The notes under the pieces: generated by a model | Told to the model about the DNA's origin: nothing | Databases searched by the model: none | Seen by the model: only the letters and a program-made list of their open reading frames with translations | Translations under genes and position numbers: made by a program | NCBI GenBank assembly: GCA_020137815.1 | Contig: CM035360.1 | Span: 620,001-684,000 of the forward strand | Length of the DNA stretch: 64,000 bases | Reading direction: 5' to 3' | Origin: Hormiphora californensis | Taxonomy: Eukaryota > Animalia > Ctenophora | Part shown: positions 37,309 through 49,818 of the stretch, piece by piece | Numbering within the stretch: position 1 is the stretch's first letter | Layout: every line of letters starts with the position of its first letter

Positions 37309-40069
37309 TTAGGCACGATGCCAATCTGGCAGGTTTCCTCCTAATTATTGCTCATTTTGGCACACTGCCAGCCTTACATCACATATACCGTGGTGGTGGT
37401 GTGGGCCGCGAGACATATGGCACTCTTCCAGAATTGAATATATAACAAGCTTTATACCCCCCTTATCACGCTTTATATACTTGCTTTGTTTTTTTTTTTT
37501 TTTTTTTTTTTTCCTTCCTCTATGCGGCATATTCCCCTTTCTTGGTAATAGACCATCTCTGTTGGTGTTACACTAGAAAGTAACAGCTCTCAACGCTGAC
37601 CCTTGTTTGGCCCCAGTTTTTCTCAAACCGGCACTGTCTGACTCACTTAATCACTAGTGTATGTTAACAATCTCGATAACATGCAGAGCAGTTTTGTCAA
37701 ACAAAGTTAATGTCATGGTTTCGGGCACGGTCGCTAACTGCGCCGTAGGGCACATGTGATAGGGTTCTGACAGACTGACGAACTGGAGGGGTAGCAAACA
37801 GGGAAAGGTGCCCCGCCTAGCCGAGATCCTCTGGAGCGAGGTCTTGGTTACAGGTGGGAAGGGTGAATGGTAGGGGGTTGGGAATGGAACTAAGGGAAGG
37901 GAAGAGATTGTGCTAGTTCCCGGTTGTTAGACATTTATAAACAATCTTATGTCTATATTGTCCTACAACCCGGAACTGATGCAGGGATAAAACAGGGGCG
38001 AAATGATATTGAGTGATACTGATCGTGAGGGCAAAGGTTAATACTATGGCGTGGGGTGAGTGCGTGATGCCGCTAGGTCCAAATTTTACATGAGATACTG
38101 TTCTAGTGAATGGGTAGGAAGATTCAGATTCGCCCAATCACTAGCCAGCCAATCGATAGCCAGTCGCCCATTGCCCAACCAGGTGATAATGTGGTATGTG
38201 GAAAAAGAGAGTGGGGCTACTGATTAGATCAGAAAGACGAGATAAAGGAGCGGGAGAGAGGCGAGAGACAGAGGAAGGGATAGACACAGGAAGACGGGAC
38301 AGGGTAGGGGGATGAAATAAGCTACACCAGACCCGCTAATAGGGACCCTATCAAAAGAAGGATAAGGGAGATCTCCCGGGGAACTACATAGAGAAAGAAG
38401 GGGAAGAGAAGAGAAACGTGAGACCAGGAAGGGCAATTAACACCGAAAATGGTTCCGAACCAGATAGAGATGAAATACAAGACTAATAGGATCCCAGAGA
38501 GAGAGAGAGAGAGAGAGAGAAGGAGCAGGGAGGAGCGAGAAATGAAAGAGAGAAGGAGAGAGGGGGAAGGAGAGAAAAAGGAAGAAGGAGAAGAGAAAGG
38601 AATAGGGTGCACTGAAAAATGGGGAGGTGACTTGTGCAATTTGGAAGAGCATTACCGAGATTCAGATACCTGAAGAATGATAGTTGTGGTAGTGTGAGCG
38701 AGTGAACTCACCGCTCCTTATCGGGAGCATGCCCTGCAAATGAACTCCCTAGCAATAAGGGGGGTTAAGATTTGTGATTATTATCGGTTTTCAATTCTTA
38801 CCCTTGGTCGACCTGATTGAAATGGTATGGCTGACTTGTGAACCCTGTACAGGACCTTGACGAGTGGGAGAAGACAAACAACCCCATCCAACCCCAGCCA
38901 TCCCGAAACTAGCCCCTCGATGCCAAAAAACCAGGAACCCCCACTCAATTCTCCCTTATGAGGGAGAACAGAAAACAGCCCTGACCCCGGGTAAGAACGA
39001 CCCTATACTAGGGGAACAGAGCCCCTGAACCACCCCCTCTCATCCCACAGAAAACTCTGCCAGGTCCTGGAGTGAGTGCATGGCCTTACCCTTTCCTCAG
39101 CAGGAACGTGCTCTGAAACATGTTACCTAACAACTAGCAGTAATAAGTAATAACGGGGACAAGAGTAAAAACTAAAAACAACTAGACTGTTACACCAAAA
39201 CCAAATCAAGCTAAGCTCCAGTCCCCGGCCTGGACTAGTAATGATGACCGAAAAATGACTAAAGACACATACAACTAAAAGAAAGGACAAACCAAATAGA
39301 ATAAGAAGAAAGGTGACCTTGCTATAACAAACTAAAAAAACACCATGACATGTCCAAATCGAAAACAGCACTACTATAACACCCCCTAGCCTACACTAGA
39401 AATGAATAAGGAACAACACAATAACATGAATGGTCTTATCTGATTGGAGAATGTAGATCGGTGGTCGGTAGCTGGTCGTTTCTTTGCTGTATCTTCACAG
39501 TAGCAGGGGATGGCGGGAGAACGAGGTAGACAAGTGGTGAAATTCGAGAAGGCCCTCAGAGGAGGGAGAGCCGAGACGCACACACGAAAACAACAACACG
39601 AGAAGTCACTTGCTTTGTTGTTCGCCGGTAGAAATTATACCCTAGCTTGTGCATAGTTTCATGTTATAATACCCTTGCATAGTAGCACGTTGCTTTGTTC
39701 TCTCTCACTGTCCTTTACCACACATCTCTCTCACTGTGTCCTTGGGATATTATATAGTTGCCCGATATATGTTATTGATAATAATTGTTAAACGATAGGG
39801 GGCTCGAAATACATAGATTGTAGTGCGATATAATTATAGTTTCAAGTGCCTCTCCCAGTTCCCAGAGAAGGGGGGCTTCCCTCACTCCCCCCTCCCCCTC
39901 ACTTCCCCGTTTCTTCCCTCAGCAAACCACTGCAACTCTGAGCCCCTGGCGCCACAGGACCACACATGATAATTTGCTGTGTGATGAGAGAGAGAGGGGG
40001 GTGAGAGATATAGAAAGAGAGATAGAGAGAGAGAGAGAGGGGGGGGGTTGGAGAGAGAGGGGGGTGGGG

Positions 40070-40108
<39 letters not shown>

Positions 40109-40426
40109 AGAGAGGGAGGGGTGAGAGAGAGGGGGGTGGGGGGAGAGAGAGGGGGAGGTATTATATCTTTTGATGTGAAACGAGACTTTGGGGATCAGAG
40201 GGAGGGAAGTTGCCTTGGAAGTGGAGCAACATATTAAACTCGCTTTAGAGAGATAGATCATAGAAAGAAAGAAATAGATGGAAAAAAGAGATAAAAAGAG
40301 ATGAAATAAGAGGTAGAAAGAGAAAGGAGAGTAAAATGGTGGAAATATAACAGTGTACTACGCTCATTGCTGGTTTTGTTTTAGCTTACTTCCTCCTACT
40401 GCAGCAGTCCTACTGAATACTCTTAA

Positions 40427-42689
40427 CCCTTTGACGGCGAGAAGGATTGGCTCGATAGAATTGTCTAATTTTTCGTTTATAAGTAGATATTATCAACACA
40501 AAACGCCTCGAAAAGGAAATTTGTAATTCCGACATGTAGTTTTTGCTGGGCCCACTGTAGCATATATGATACTATCGTCCGTAAGAGAATTCTAGTAACA
40601 AATCTAAATTGTACAAGTTTGTGGGTGTTATGGCATAAATTCATGCTTTCATGAGGTTTGCAGCTACACGTTCTACAATCGTGAACGGTTTTTACCAGGA
40701 AAAGAACCCAAATTAGAGATTTGTATCATATATGATACTATCGTCCTAAGGGTAAATTCTCCTAAAACATACATAATTCGGGCTAGAAAAGGAGCTAAGA
40801 GACAAATCAGGGCACTAAAATGTGTCAATCATCGCATTAGTGGGGGTAGAGCACATATTTAGGTCGCTATCTGGATCCCTAATTGAGATAATTGGATAAT
40901 TAGCTAATTATCTGTCCTGCACGTGCTAATTATTCATGAAACTTTGCTCTGGGAAGGAGTTATGAGACAAATGGGGGCACTAAAATGTGTAGAATCATCA
41001 AATTAGTGGGGGTAGAGCACACATTTAGGTCGCTATCTGGATCCATAATTGAGATAATTGGATAATTAGCTAATTAGTTGCCCTGGAGCGCTAATAAATG
41101 AGACTAGGCGGAGTATACAAGACAAGTGAGGGCACTAAAATGTATGAAATCATCGCCTTAGCGGGGGTAGAGCACATAGCTGAGTTTCTATTCCCACTCC
41201 TAATTGAGATAATTGGATAATTAGCTAATTGACGGTTGCACACCGTCCACTTTTCACCAAATCCCGTGGTTTCTAGGTAATCCTGAGCTCTTTTGCTCAA
41301 TCTAAGGATCTTCTGACATCCGCTAATATCCCTAAACCCCTATAACCTTGTGCCCAAACATTAAATATGGGAAACTGTTATAGTACATTAGAGGTTGAAC
41401 TTGTTGTAGGAGCAATAGGATATAAAAGTTCTATAGGATTGTAGTTGGATCTTGGATGTATGAGAGGTCTAGGATGGAGCAAGAGGGTTCTAAAGAGCTG
41501 AAGGCTAGGCAGTGTCTAGGGTTGTATCCGAGTGCTATAATATTGTGTAAAACGAGTCAAAGGTGATGCAAATGGGGTTAGGGGTTGTCAGAAGATCCTT
41601 AGATTGAGCAAAAGATCTCAGGATTACCTAGAAACCACGGGATTTGGTGAAAAGTGGACGGTGTGCAACCGTCAATTAGCTAATTATCCAATTATCTCAA
41701 TTAGGAGTGGGAATAGAAACTCAGCTATGTGCTCTACCCCCGCTAAGGCGATGATTTCACACATTTTAGTGCACTCACGTGTCTTGTATACTCCGCCTAG
41801 TCTCATTTATTAGCGCTCCAGGGCGACTAATTAGCTAATTATCCAATTATCTCAATTATGGATCCAGATAGCGACCTAAATGTGTGCTCTACCCCCACTA
41901 ATTTGATGATTCTACACATTTTAGTGCCCCCATTTGTCTCATAACTCCTTCCCAGAGCAAAGTTTCATGAATAATTAGCACGCGCAGGACAGATAATTAG
42001 CTAATTATCCAATTATCTCAATTAGGGATCCAGATAGCGACCTAAATATGTGCTCTACTCCCACTAATGCGATGATTCTACACATTTTAGTGCCCTGATT
42101 TGTCTCTTAGCTCCTTTTCTAGCCCGAATTATGTATGTTTTAGGAGAATTTACCCTTAGGACGATAGTATCATATATGATACAAATCTCTAATTTGGGTT
42201 CTTTTCCTGGTAAAAACCGTTCACGATTGTAGAATTTGTAGCTACATACCACATGAAAGCATAGATTTATGCCATAGCACCCACAAACTTGTACAATTTA
42301 GATTTGTTACTAGAATTCTCTTACGGACGATAGTATCATATATGATACGGCGCCTTAATTGTTAATAACTCATTCAATTTTCAATATTTTTTGATGCGGC
42401 TTTTTGCATTCGGTCGGTTATGTCGAGCACTTTTATTCCTTCAAAGGATTAGTTGTGCCCCCAAAAAACAAAAAAATGAGAAATGTTTTTAAAAAAAGGC
42501 CGAAATTAGCCTCCTTAGAAGAGCTATAAATTTTTTTTCTTGATTTTCTGAGCTGATCTGGACGTGGTTTTAGGTTCATAATCCCTAAAACTAGCTTGTG
42601 ACAAAATATGGGCCACCTAGACAAAATATAAGGACTTCCAGGCCGCCTAGAATAGACTGTAGCATATATGCTCTGTCGCCGTCAAAGGG
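40427..42689. mobile_element. Non-autonomous piggyBac-type element with ~760-bp internal inverted arms
   Basis: TTAA|CCCTTTGACGGCGA ... TCGCCGTCAAAGGG|TTAA. Internal arms ~40561-41318 and ~41586-42345. No transposase ORF. Confidence 0.88.
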
Positions 42690-44345
42690 TTAAAAGAGAA
42701 AGCATGAGAGAGAGAGAGAGAGAGAGAGAAATATATAGAGAGAGAAAATGAAAAAAGTGAAGAATTTCCTGGACTAAGTCGAACAGTATAACTTACTACG
42801 TGAACTCTCTTTTTCTATCTTTCTATCCATCCCTCTATCTTCCTATCTCTCTATTCCTCTTACATTCGTCGCCAGGGATAGGAGGTTAGATAGGTATAGC
42901 ATACAGAACCCTCTTAGCACGTTGTACTACATCTTTACCCCCTGAGATAACATCCTTTTTCTATTTTTCGCCTTACTTGAACATGAATAATGGTATTTTT
43001 GGTTTTTGGCCTTGCTTGAACATAATTAATGGTATTTTTGGTTTTGCATCGCTCTCTCCAGTCCCTCTCTCCAGAACAATTTATCCCTCCAGTCCCTAAC
43101 TAGCTAACATCTCCCCACATAATAGCTCCCTCTAATCAACTTTACCATCATTCTGCTGTTCCTAGAACAACCCTAAATACCAATTACCCGCATCAGTTGC
43201 TTACCCAGTAAATACTTGCCCTTATAATACCGAATACCATGCATCAATTGCGTACCCAGTAAATACTTTATACCGAATATTTTATTATTCATCCCTGTCT
43301 ATTTATCTAAACATCCCATCTTGCCCTATAAAGAGGGTTTGTTGCCTTGCCCCCTTTGTAAAGAGGGTTTATTACCCCCTCAATTATATAATATGAGGTT
43401 TGGAATCTCTATAGTTCTCTTGCTAACCCAATCAATACTTGCTCGACCCTCTCTTACCCTGTTTGTTGCCTAATATAACCTCAATATTATTATTGTAAAA
43501 GAGGATCATATGACATAACCCCCTATCTCAATATTAAAGGCATGTCGTCTCTCTCCTAATCTCCTAACACACCTCCCATCAATGAAGAACCTTGTCACTA
43601 TGTTTGAAGGTAAGAATTAACTCCATATAAGGGCATAACTCCATATAAGGGCATAATAATATCGTTATCTTTTAACCATCGCACCATCACCTCTGATGGG
43701 TTGATTGTTGCCCCATCACATTTAGTTAAATAATAAAGAGAGATCACTTACACACGAACTTCATTCTGTTAGTTCTGGGACGAACTTTAGTTAACCATCA
43801 TACACATTACATCACATTATGTGTGCAGCATTGTTGCAGCGAGATATACCAACTGGCAGAATGCCAAGTCTGGGGAGGGGGTGTATCCCTCACTGCTTGT
43901 GAGGGTATTTAATCTCTCAATTATAAACTGTGTAGAGGACGCCGCACGATAAAGTCTGATCCACTGCTGTATCTCACTTGTCTGATTCTGCTGTATCTCA
44001 CTTTGTCTGATTCTCATAATAAAGTGCTGCAGCAGTATCACTCAATATTCTTGGATCTTTTTGAGCAGCTACTGCTACAGATGTGATACATACACTACCA
44101 GGTCTTTCTGTGTGTGTCTCTCTGTGTGTCTCTCTGTGTGTCTCTCTGTGTGTCTCTCTGTGTGTCTCTCTGTGTGTCTCTCTGTGTGTCTCTCTGTGTG
44201 TCTCTCGACTCTCTGGCAGCTCTTTTTTTAACTTTTACATTTCTCCACCTGTGTACCTCTCAACTCTACAGTCTACACATAATAATAATATACATGGGTT
44301 TGGAAATATTACTGGGCCAGAACAGCAAGCTTGTTTGTCTGTTTA

Positions 44346-44378
<33 letters not shown>

Positions 44379-44955
44379 TAGGGGGTGTTGTGGGGGTGTT
44401 GTTGTATGTGTGTGATAGGACATGATGAAGCTGTTGAGCAGGTGTAATGTTACCAAACTCGCGAGAAGGGTGAGATTAGTGTTACTTGAAACATCTCCAA
44501 TCTCCCTTTTCTTTTCTTTTTTTGAGTCCTCCCCTCTTCTTCTCTCTCCCTTCTAGAATGAGACTCTTCCTCTGTGGTCTCTTTCCGTCTAACCGCCGAA
44601 GGAGAGAGAGAGGGATAGAGAGAGATGAAGAAAGGAATGATATAGAGGAAGGGATATCATAGAGAGGGAGGAAGGGAGAGACAATTTAAGTTGTCATCAC
44701 GGTCCTGGCGGTAAGCCAGAATGCCCTCCCTCTCTCTGATTATCTCTCTCTCCCTGTTTACCTCGCAGCTCATTTTGGACATGATATCACACGCACGGCA
44801 TCCCTCACTCTCTCCCTCCTCCATCTCCCTCCTCCCTGCTGAGTTGTAAAACGTTCTGTGTTTACCATGGGACTCTCTCTCTCTATCCCTCTCTCTCTCT
44901 CTATCCCTCTCTGAGTTGATCTGCTTTTATTATTGACCTGTATCATGCTTGGAGC

Positions 44956-45039
44956 TTGGTAACGAAGTTACCCCTCCCTTGCCGGCGCGCAAAGCGCACC
45001 AAACGAAGGCCGCGATGCGTGAGGTGTCTTCGATACCAA
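44956..45039. mobile_element. Tiny (84-bp) MITE, TTGGTAAC TIR family, 9-bp TSD
   Basis: TIR TTGGTAACGAAG / CTTCGATACCAA, with perfect TSD GCTTGGAGC. Confidence 0.75.
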
Positions 45040-45221
45040 GCTTGGAGCATTATATATTAGCCCTCGTTTATCCGTTTACCTCGGCCCCCTTGTTTGTAAC
45101 CCATCAGCCCCGCCTCCCCCTCTGTTTGTAAAAAGTGCTCTTTGGGTGCGTTATGAATTATGAAGTTTTGCCCTCCGGAGCATACACGTGGAGATCTTGT
45201 TTCTCTCTCTCTCTCTTTCTC

Positions 45222-45300
<79 letters not shown>

Positions 45301-45695
45301 CCCTCTTACCACCACCAACGGTCAATTTTCCACGTGCGCTCCCTACAATCTAATCATTTTTTCTCCCACTCTCGATCTCCCACTCTCGATCTCCTACTAT
45401 TGGCCCCTCATCCATTCACCCTCTTCTAGTCTCACCCATTCCAGAAAACAAACACTTTTTCATTGTCAGCAGCGTGGTAACACAATGCTTCATGAGGTTT
45501 TATTATTAGATGGAATGCGGGACACACAGGGGGCTGGGTTTTAGGGTGGTCGGGTATTTGGCATTGGTCCAAGATCGCTCTCTCTCTCTCTCTCTCTCTC
45601 TCCTCTCTCTCTTATTCTCTCTCTCCTTCGTCTCTCTCTCTTCTCTCTCTCTTCTTTCTCTCTCTCGTGTCTCTCTCTCTCTCTCTCTCTCCTCC

Positions 45696-45736
<41 letters not shown>

Positions 45737-45764
45737 TAACATTATCCTCCCCCCCACAGCTGCA

Positions 45765-46305
45765 ATGATCTTCAACGAGAGCAAAGAGAACAACCCCGGT
45801 GCAGTTGAAGTTGTAACGGGCATGTCAACTCCTGAAAAACTAGTTTCAAGAACCTGCGAATCAGTCTGTGCACCTGCTAAGAAAAGGTACGTCGCCATGG
45901 TAACTCTGAACTCTATTATAGTGGGATCGTTACCAAGGGCTAACGCTCCTCGTTTTGTTGTAGCCTCTCTTATCTCTATTATAGTCGGGTAGTGGGTAGT
46001 GGAAAGATAGATCATTATGACTCAAAATAGACACCTTTTTGGAATTTACATGTGATTCGATTACGCATATAAATTTATTCAACCTCATATAATATGTAAT
46101 GGGAGTTTATAAACGGCCCCATGAGGGCCCCTTATAATGTGAGTTGGAGAAAGTGGAATTTTAATACGATCAGTTTTCGATTTACTGACATCGAACTGAT
46201 CTGTTTTCTCCATCAGGGGGGGGGGATCGATAATCCATTACAACTCTTTGCTTCATTATTTTACCCCCACCTGTTACACTCGCGCTCTCTCTCTCTCTCT
46301 TTCTC

Positions 46306-46360
<55 letters not shown>

Positions 46361-49102
46361 CTCTCCCCTAACCCCTCTCTCTCTCTCCACAGATGCCGAA
46401 TGAACAGTATCCCTCTCTCATCCATCCCAGCCTGGAACCCAGAACCCTCTAAAATATGGACGCGAGTCCCAACTAAGGTACATGTAACCATGGTAACCAT
46501 GGTAACCATCATCTTATTATGGGATGAAGTAGTATGGAATATTGTAGCCACTGTTTGTTTGTCAGTTTGTGTGTTCGTTTGTGTGACTGTGGTAGATCAC
46601 CTTGAGAGGTTGTTGAGGCGGTGATGCGTCAAATTGCATTGTCCCCTTCCCCCTCTTCATTAAATACCGACCACTCCCTGAGTGGCCCATTGACCATCAC
46701 AGATGTTAATAACTCCTGGTATAACCCACTCCTCTATCAAGGAGTTGTTCCAGTGTTGTATTAACCCACTCCTCCCTCTCAGAACTATAGTGAATCTAAA
46801 TCGAGGTCGAAAGATACGGATCAAGGAGTAGTCCCAGATTATAAAATAGGATCAAAACGGCGTCTCCACGACTCAACGTGTGCCTGTAAACGACCCATTT
46901 TAGATTTTAGCAAGATGTACATGTATGAGGTGAGTAACCATGGCAACCCCCTTCCCCACCCCCCTTTTTGTGAGTCACCATGACAACGCCACCCCCCTTT
47001 TTGTGAGTCACCATGACAACTCCACCCCCTTTTGTGAGTCATCATGACAACTCCACCCCCTTTTGTGAGTCACCATGTCCCCCACCCTGGCCGGGCCGTT
47101 TCTCATTTGAATCCACTCTTTATCGACTCTATCTTATTATATATCATCCGCCACTACCATCTCCACCGACCACTACCTTTCACCTGATTCCAACACTCCT
47201 CCTGTTATGTTCTAACCCTCCCTTTACATTTGTAACACAGTCTAGCCATGCAACACTCCTCTTTCCGTTGGAAATCGTTAAATAGAGCCAGGAAAATATC
47301 ACAAATCTCTGTCTCGCTACTATGCTACGGGAGACAGCAATTTCTTTGCTAGTCTACTTTGTGTGGTCAATATACGCATAGAATATGTTTCCCTACACTG
47401 CTGCAGAGCAACATGCACTTTATTTTGGGATAGAGAGAAAGAGAGAAATATAGAGAGATAGAGAGAAAGATAGAGAGGGAGATAGAGAGAAAGATAGAGA
47501 GAGAGAAACGAAGAAGCTGTGGGAATACAGTCAAGTGCTGGCCGCATATTCAAATATATTAGTCATGGCAAAATTAAAGACCCAAATAAAATGGCCATCT
47601 GGGTTTCTGTCTCTCTTTGAACTAACTTATTAAAAACCTCTCTCCTTACTTTGGTTATTTATAAAGCGTACTTTTTACACGTCCTGTTTCACCCAGCACA
47701 ATTAATGCGGGTTAGAACTTAGAACATACCCCTGTCATGTAACCTATATGTAGGAAAATATGTAGGGACAGTAAGGGTATTATAGAGAGGTTGGCATGTC
47801 AGAACCCGGATATAAAAAGGGAAAGTAAAACAGGACAATTGCTGCATTTTATAGAACTCTACTGCTGAGTGTCTCAGCACTGGAATCACGCACAGACAGA
47901 CGTACTATATAGATCATGTACTATGGGATGTACTATATAAAGATTTATCTAATCCACTTATCTCCACACCCTCTCCATGCCCCAGCGTCCCCCAGTCCTC
48001 CCTCGAACAACACTCCCCTCCTCCAACTAACCCAACTAACCCCCACTCCCTCCTTTAACTAACCCAACTAACCCCAGTCCTCAAACTAACCCCCACTCCC
48101 TCTCCCCTCAGACATCCTATACCTCCCCTCCTCCAACTAATCCAACTAACCCCCAGTCATCAAACTAACCCCCACTCCCATCCTCCCCTCTCTCCACTCC
48201 CCCTACAAGACTAACCTCCACTCCCTCTCAGACATCCTATATATCACTGGGTACGGACCGGAAGGAACACAATACGATAGTATCATCACCTCGGAGTGTT
48301 AATAATAATAGTAATAATAATCGGACAACAGCCGGTCTCGATATAGTATCACTGGTTGAAGACTCAGAGAGCTTCTTCAAACCCATACCAAGGGAGAGCT
48401 TGTGCTGCGATGTGGACAGGACATCTCTATCTAGTTGTAATCTTGATTTAGGTGAGTGTTACCATGGTTACCATCCCCTTGGTTACCCCATGGTTACCAT
48501 CCCCCTCGTTATCATGGCTCCCTATCTAGTTGTAATCTTGATTTAGGTGAGTCATGGAATCATTATTAGTTAGAAATAGCACAGTAGAACCGCTTTAAAA
48601 AGCATCAATTCAACACGTCGCGGGACGTTGAGGGGGGTGATGGGTGTTTGACGTCAGGCACTGATTATTGCTCTCTCTTATCAACCACTTTAGGGTGTGG
48701 TAGTTATCAGCCACCACCACACCACATCTCTCTACCATCTCTCTACTAACTTGTCACTCAGATATAGAAGGAAGGGTTGAGAGAGATGAACTGTCTTGCT
48801 CAAGCCTCTCCATCTCTCTCTCACCCCTGTAAAAGAAGGGGTGCTGTCAAATAGAGCTTGCTTGACACCAAATTATCTAAAATTGTGGCTCTAGAAGAAG
48901 GCATATCAACCTCGATTAGTGAGGCGAACAAAATAGAATAGAAGGCATAATAATCAAGTTAGGAGTGGGACAAATAAATCATTTCAATTCAAATAATTTG
49001 TAAGTGGTTGCGTCCAAACCAAACATCTCTTACAAACCTCTCTATTTCTAACATCTTTCTGACCATTTAACATTGTTTTCAGATTCTATTGAACAAGACT
49101 AG
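45765..49102 (+). CDS. FAM53: FAM53-family protein (simplet/DNTNP-like), 5 coding exons seen
   Basis: Exons 45760-45886 (ATG 45765), 46393-46477, 46783-46929, 48232-48451 and 49083-49102 are in phase. It carries the three FAM53 blocks: APAKKRCR..SIP..PAWNPEPSKIWTRV, GSKRR...KRPILDFSKM, and C-terminal NLDLDSIEQD*. Further 5' exons are possible. Confidence 0.8.
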
Positions 49103-49709
49103 CGGACTGAAGTATAATATAGGCTCCATCCCACCTTTTAACGACCCTATAACTACTACAGTGGCACACACTACCAATACAGTTGTGGAAGGATTAGAGA
49201 AGAAGGAGTTAGAGAGAGACTCACATTATACTACACCAGAGTCAAATATAGGACGTATTGCACATTTCTTTCAACTTCTCGAGAATTGTCAGGCGCCTAA
49301 CCACTCCAGTCTCCGAGAGAGAACAGTGGTCATGATGCATGACAGTAAGCGGTGTATGGGATCTTTTAGGTTTTGTGTAATGAAGGGAGAGCTAGTGTAT
49401 GAGAGTATCTTCCTCCCCTGCAGTCAGTACACCAAGAGGATGGCAGTGCTATACCCAGTTGAGTTGGGGTACCTTCACTCAACCCCCAACTGCTGTCTGG
49501 CGGTGTGCGCCAGACTCCATTTTGAGATGCAGATCGGGTCTGCACAGTGCCAAACAGTACCCAACTGGGGGTCACTGTTTCCTTTTGGCGAGTGTTATAT
49601 CGCAGTGTGCTGTCTGTTCAAGGGGTAGTGATACTCTTTTAGAGAGTGGGGGTGTCTGCTCACACCTTATAGCGTGCCCAAGAGACGTTCCGCCACGCAT
49701 AGCTCCCTC

Positions 49710-49818
49710 CTGGAACCGACCGAATCAGGAAATACTGGTCCCTGATTGGCTGATAACCAGTCACGTGACCTAAATAACAAGTTCTGATTGGTTGTTTACT
49801 TGTTTCGGTCGGTTCCTG
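49710..49818. mobile_element. 109-bp hAT-type MITE carrying CCAAT-GTCACGTGAC-CCAAT
   Basis: TIR C(A/T)GGAACCGACCGAA, with 8-bp TSD GCTCCCTC (49702-49709 and 49819-49826). Related partial copies at 59468-59505 plus 60579-60618, and at 60650-60740. Confidence 0.85.

Noticed and set aside
41091-41813. Divergent pair of 69-aa ORFs
   Set aside because: Mirror images produced by the internal inverted repeat of the piggyBac-type element.
49089-49628. 179-aa (+) ORF
   Set aside because: It starts at TTG out of frame within the FAM53 last exon and 3' UTR, with no recognisable motif.
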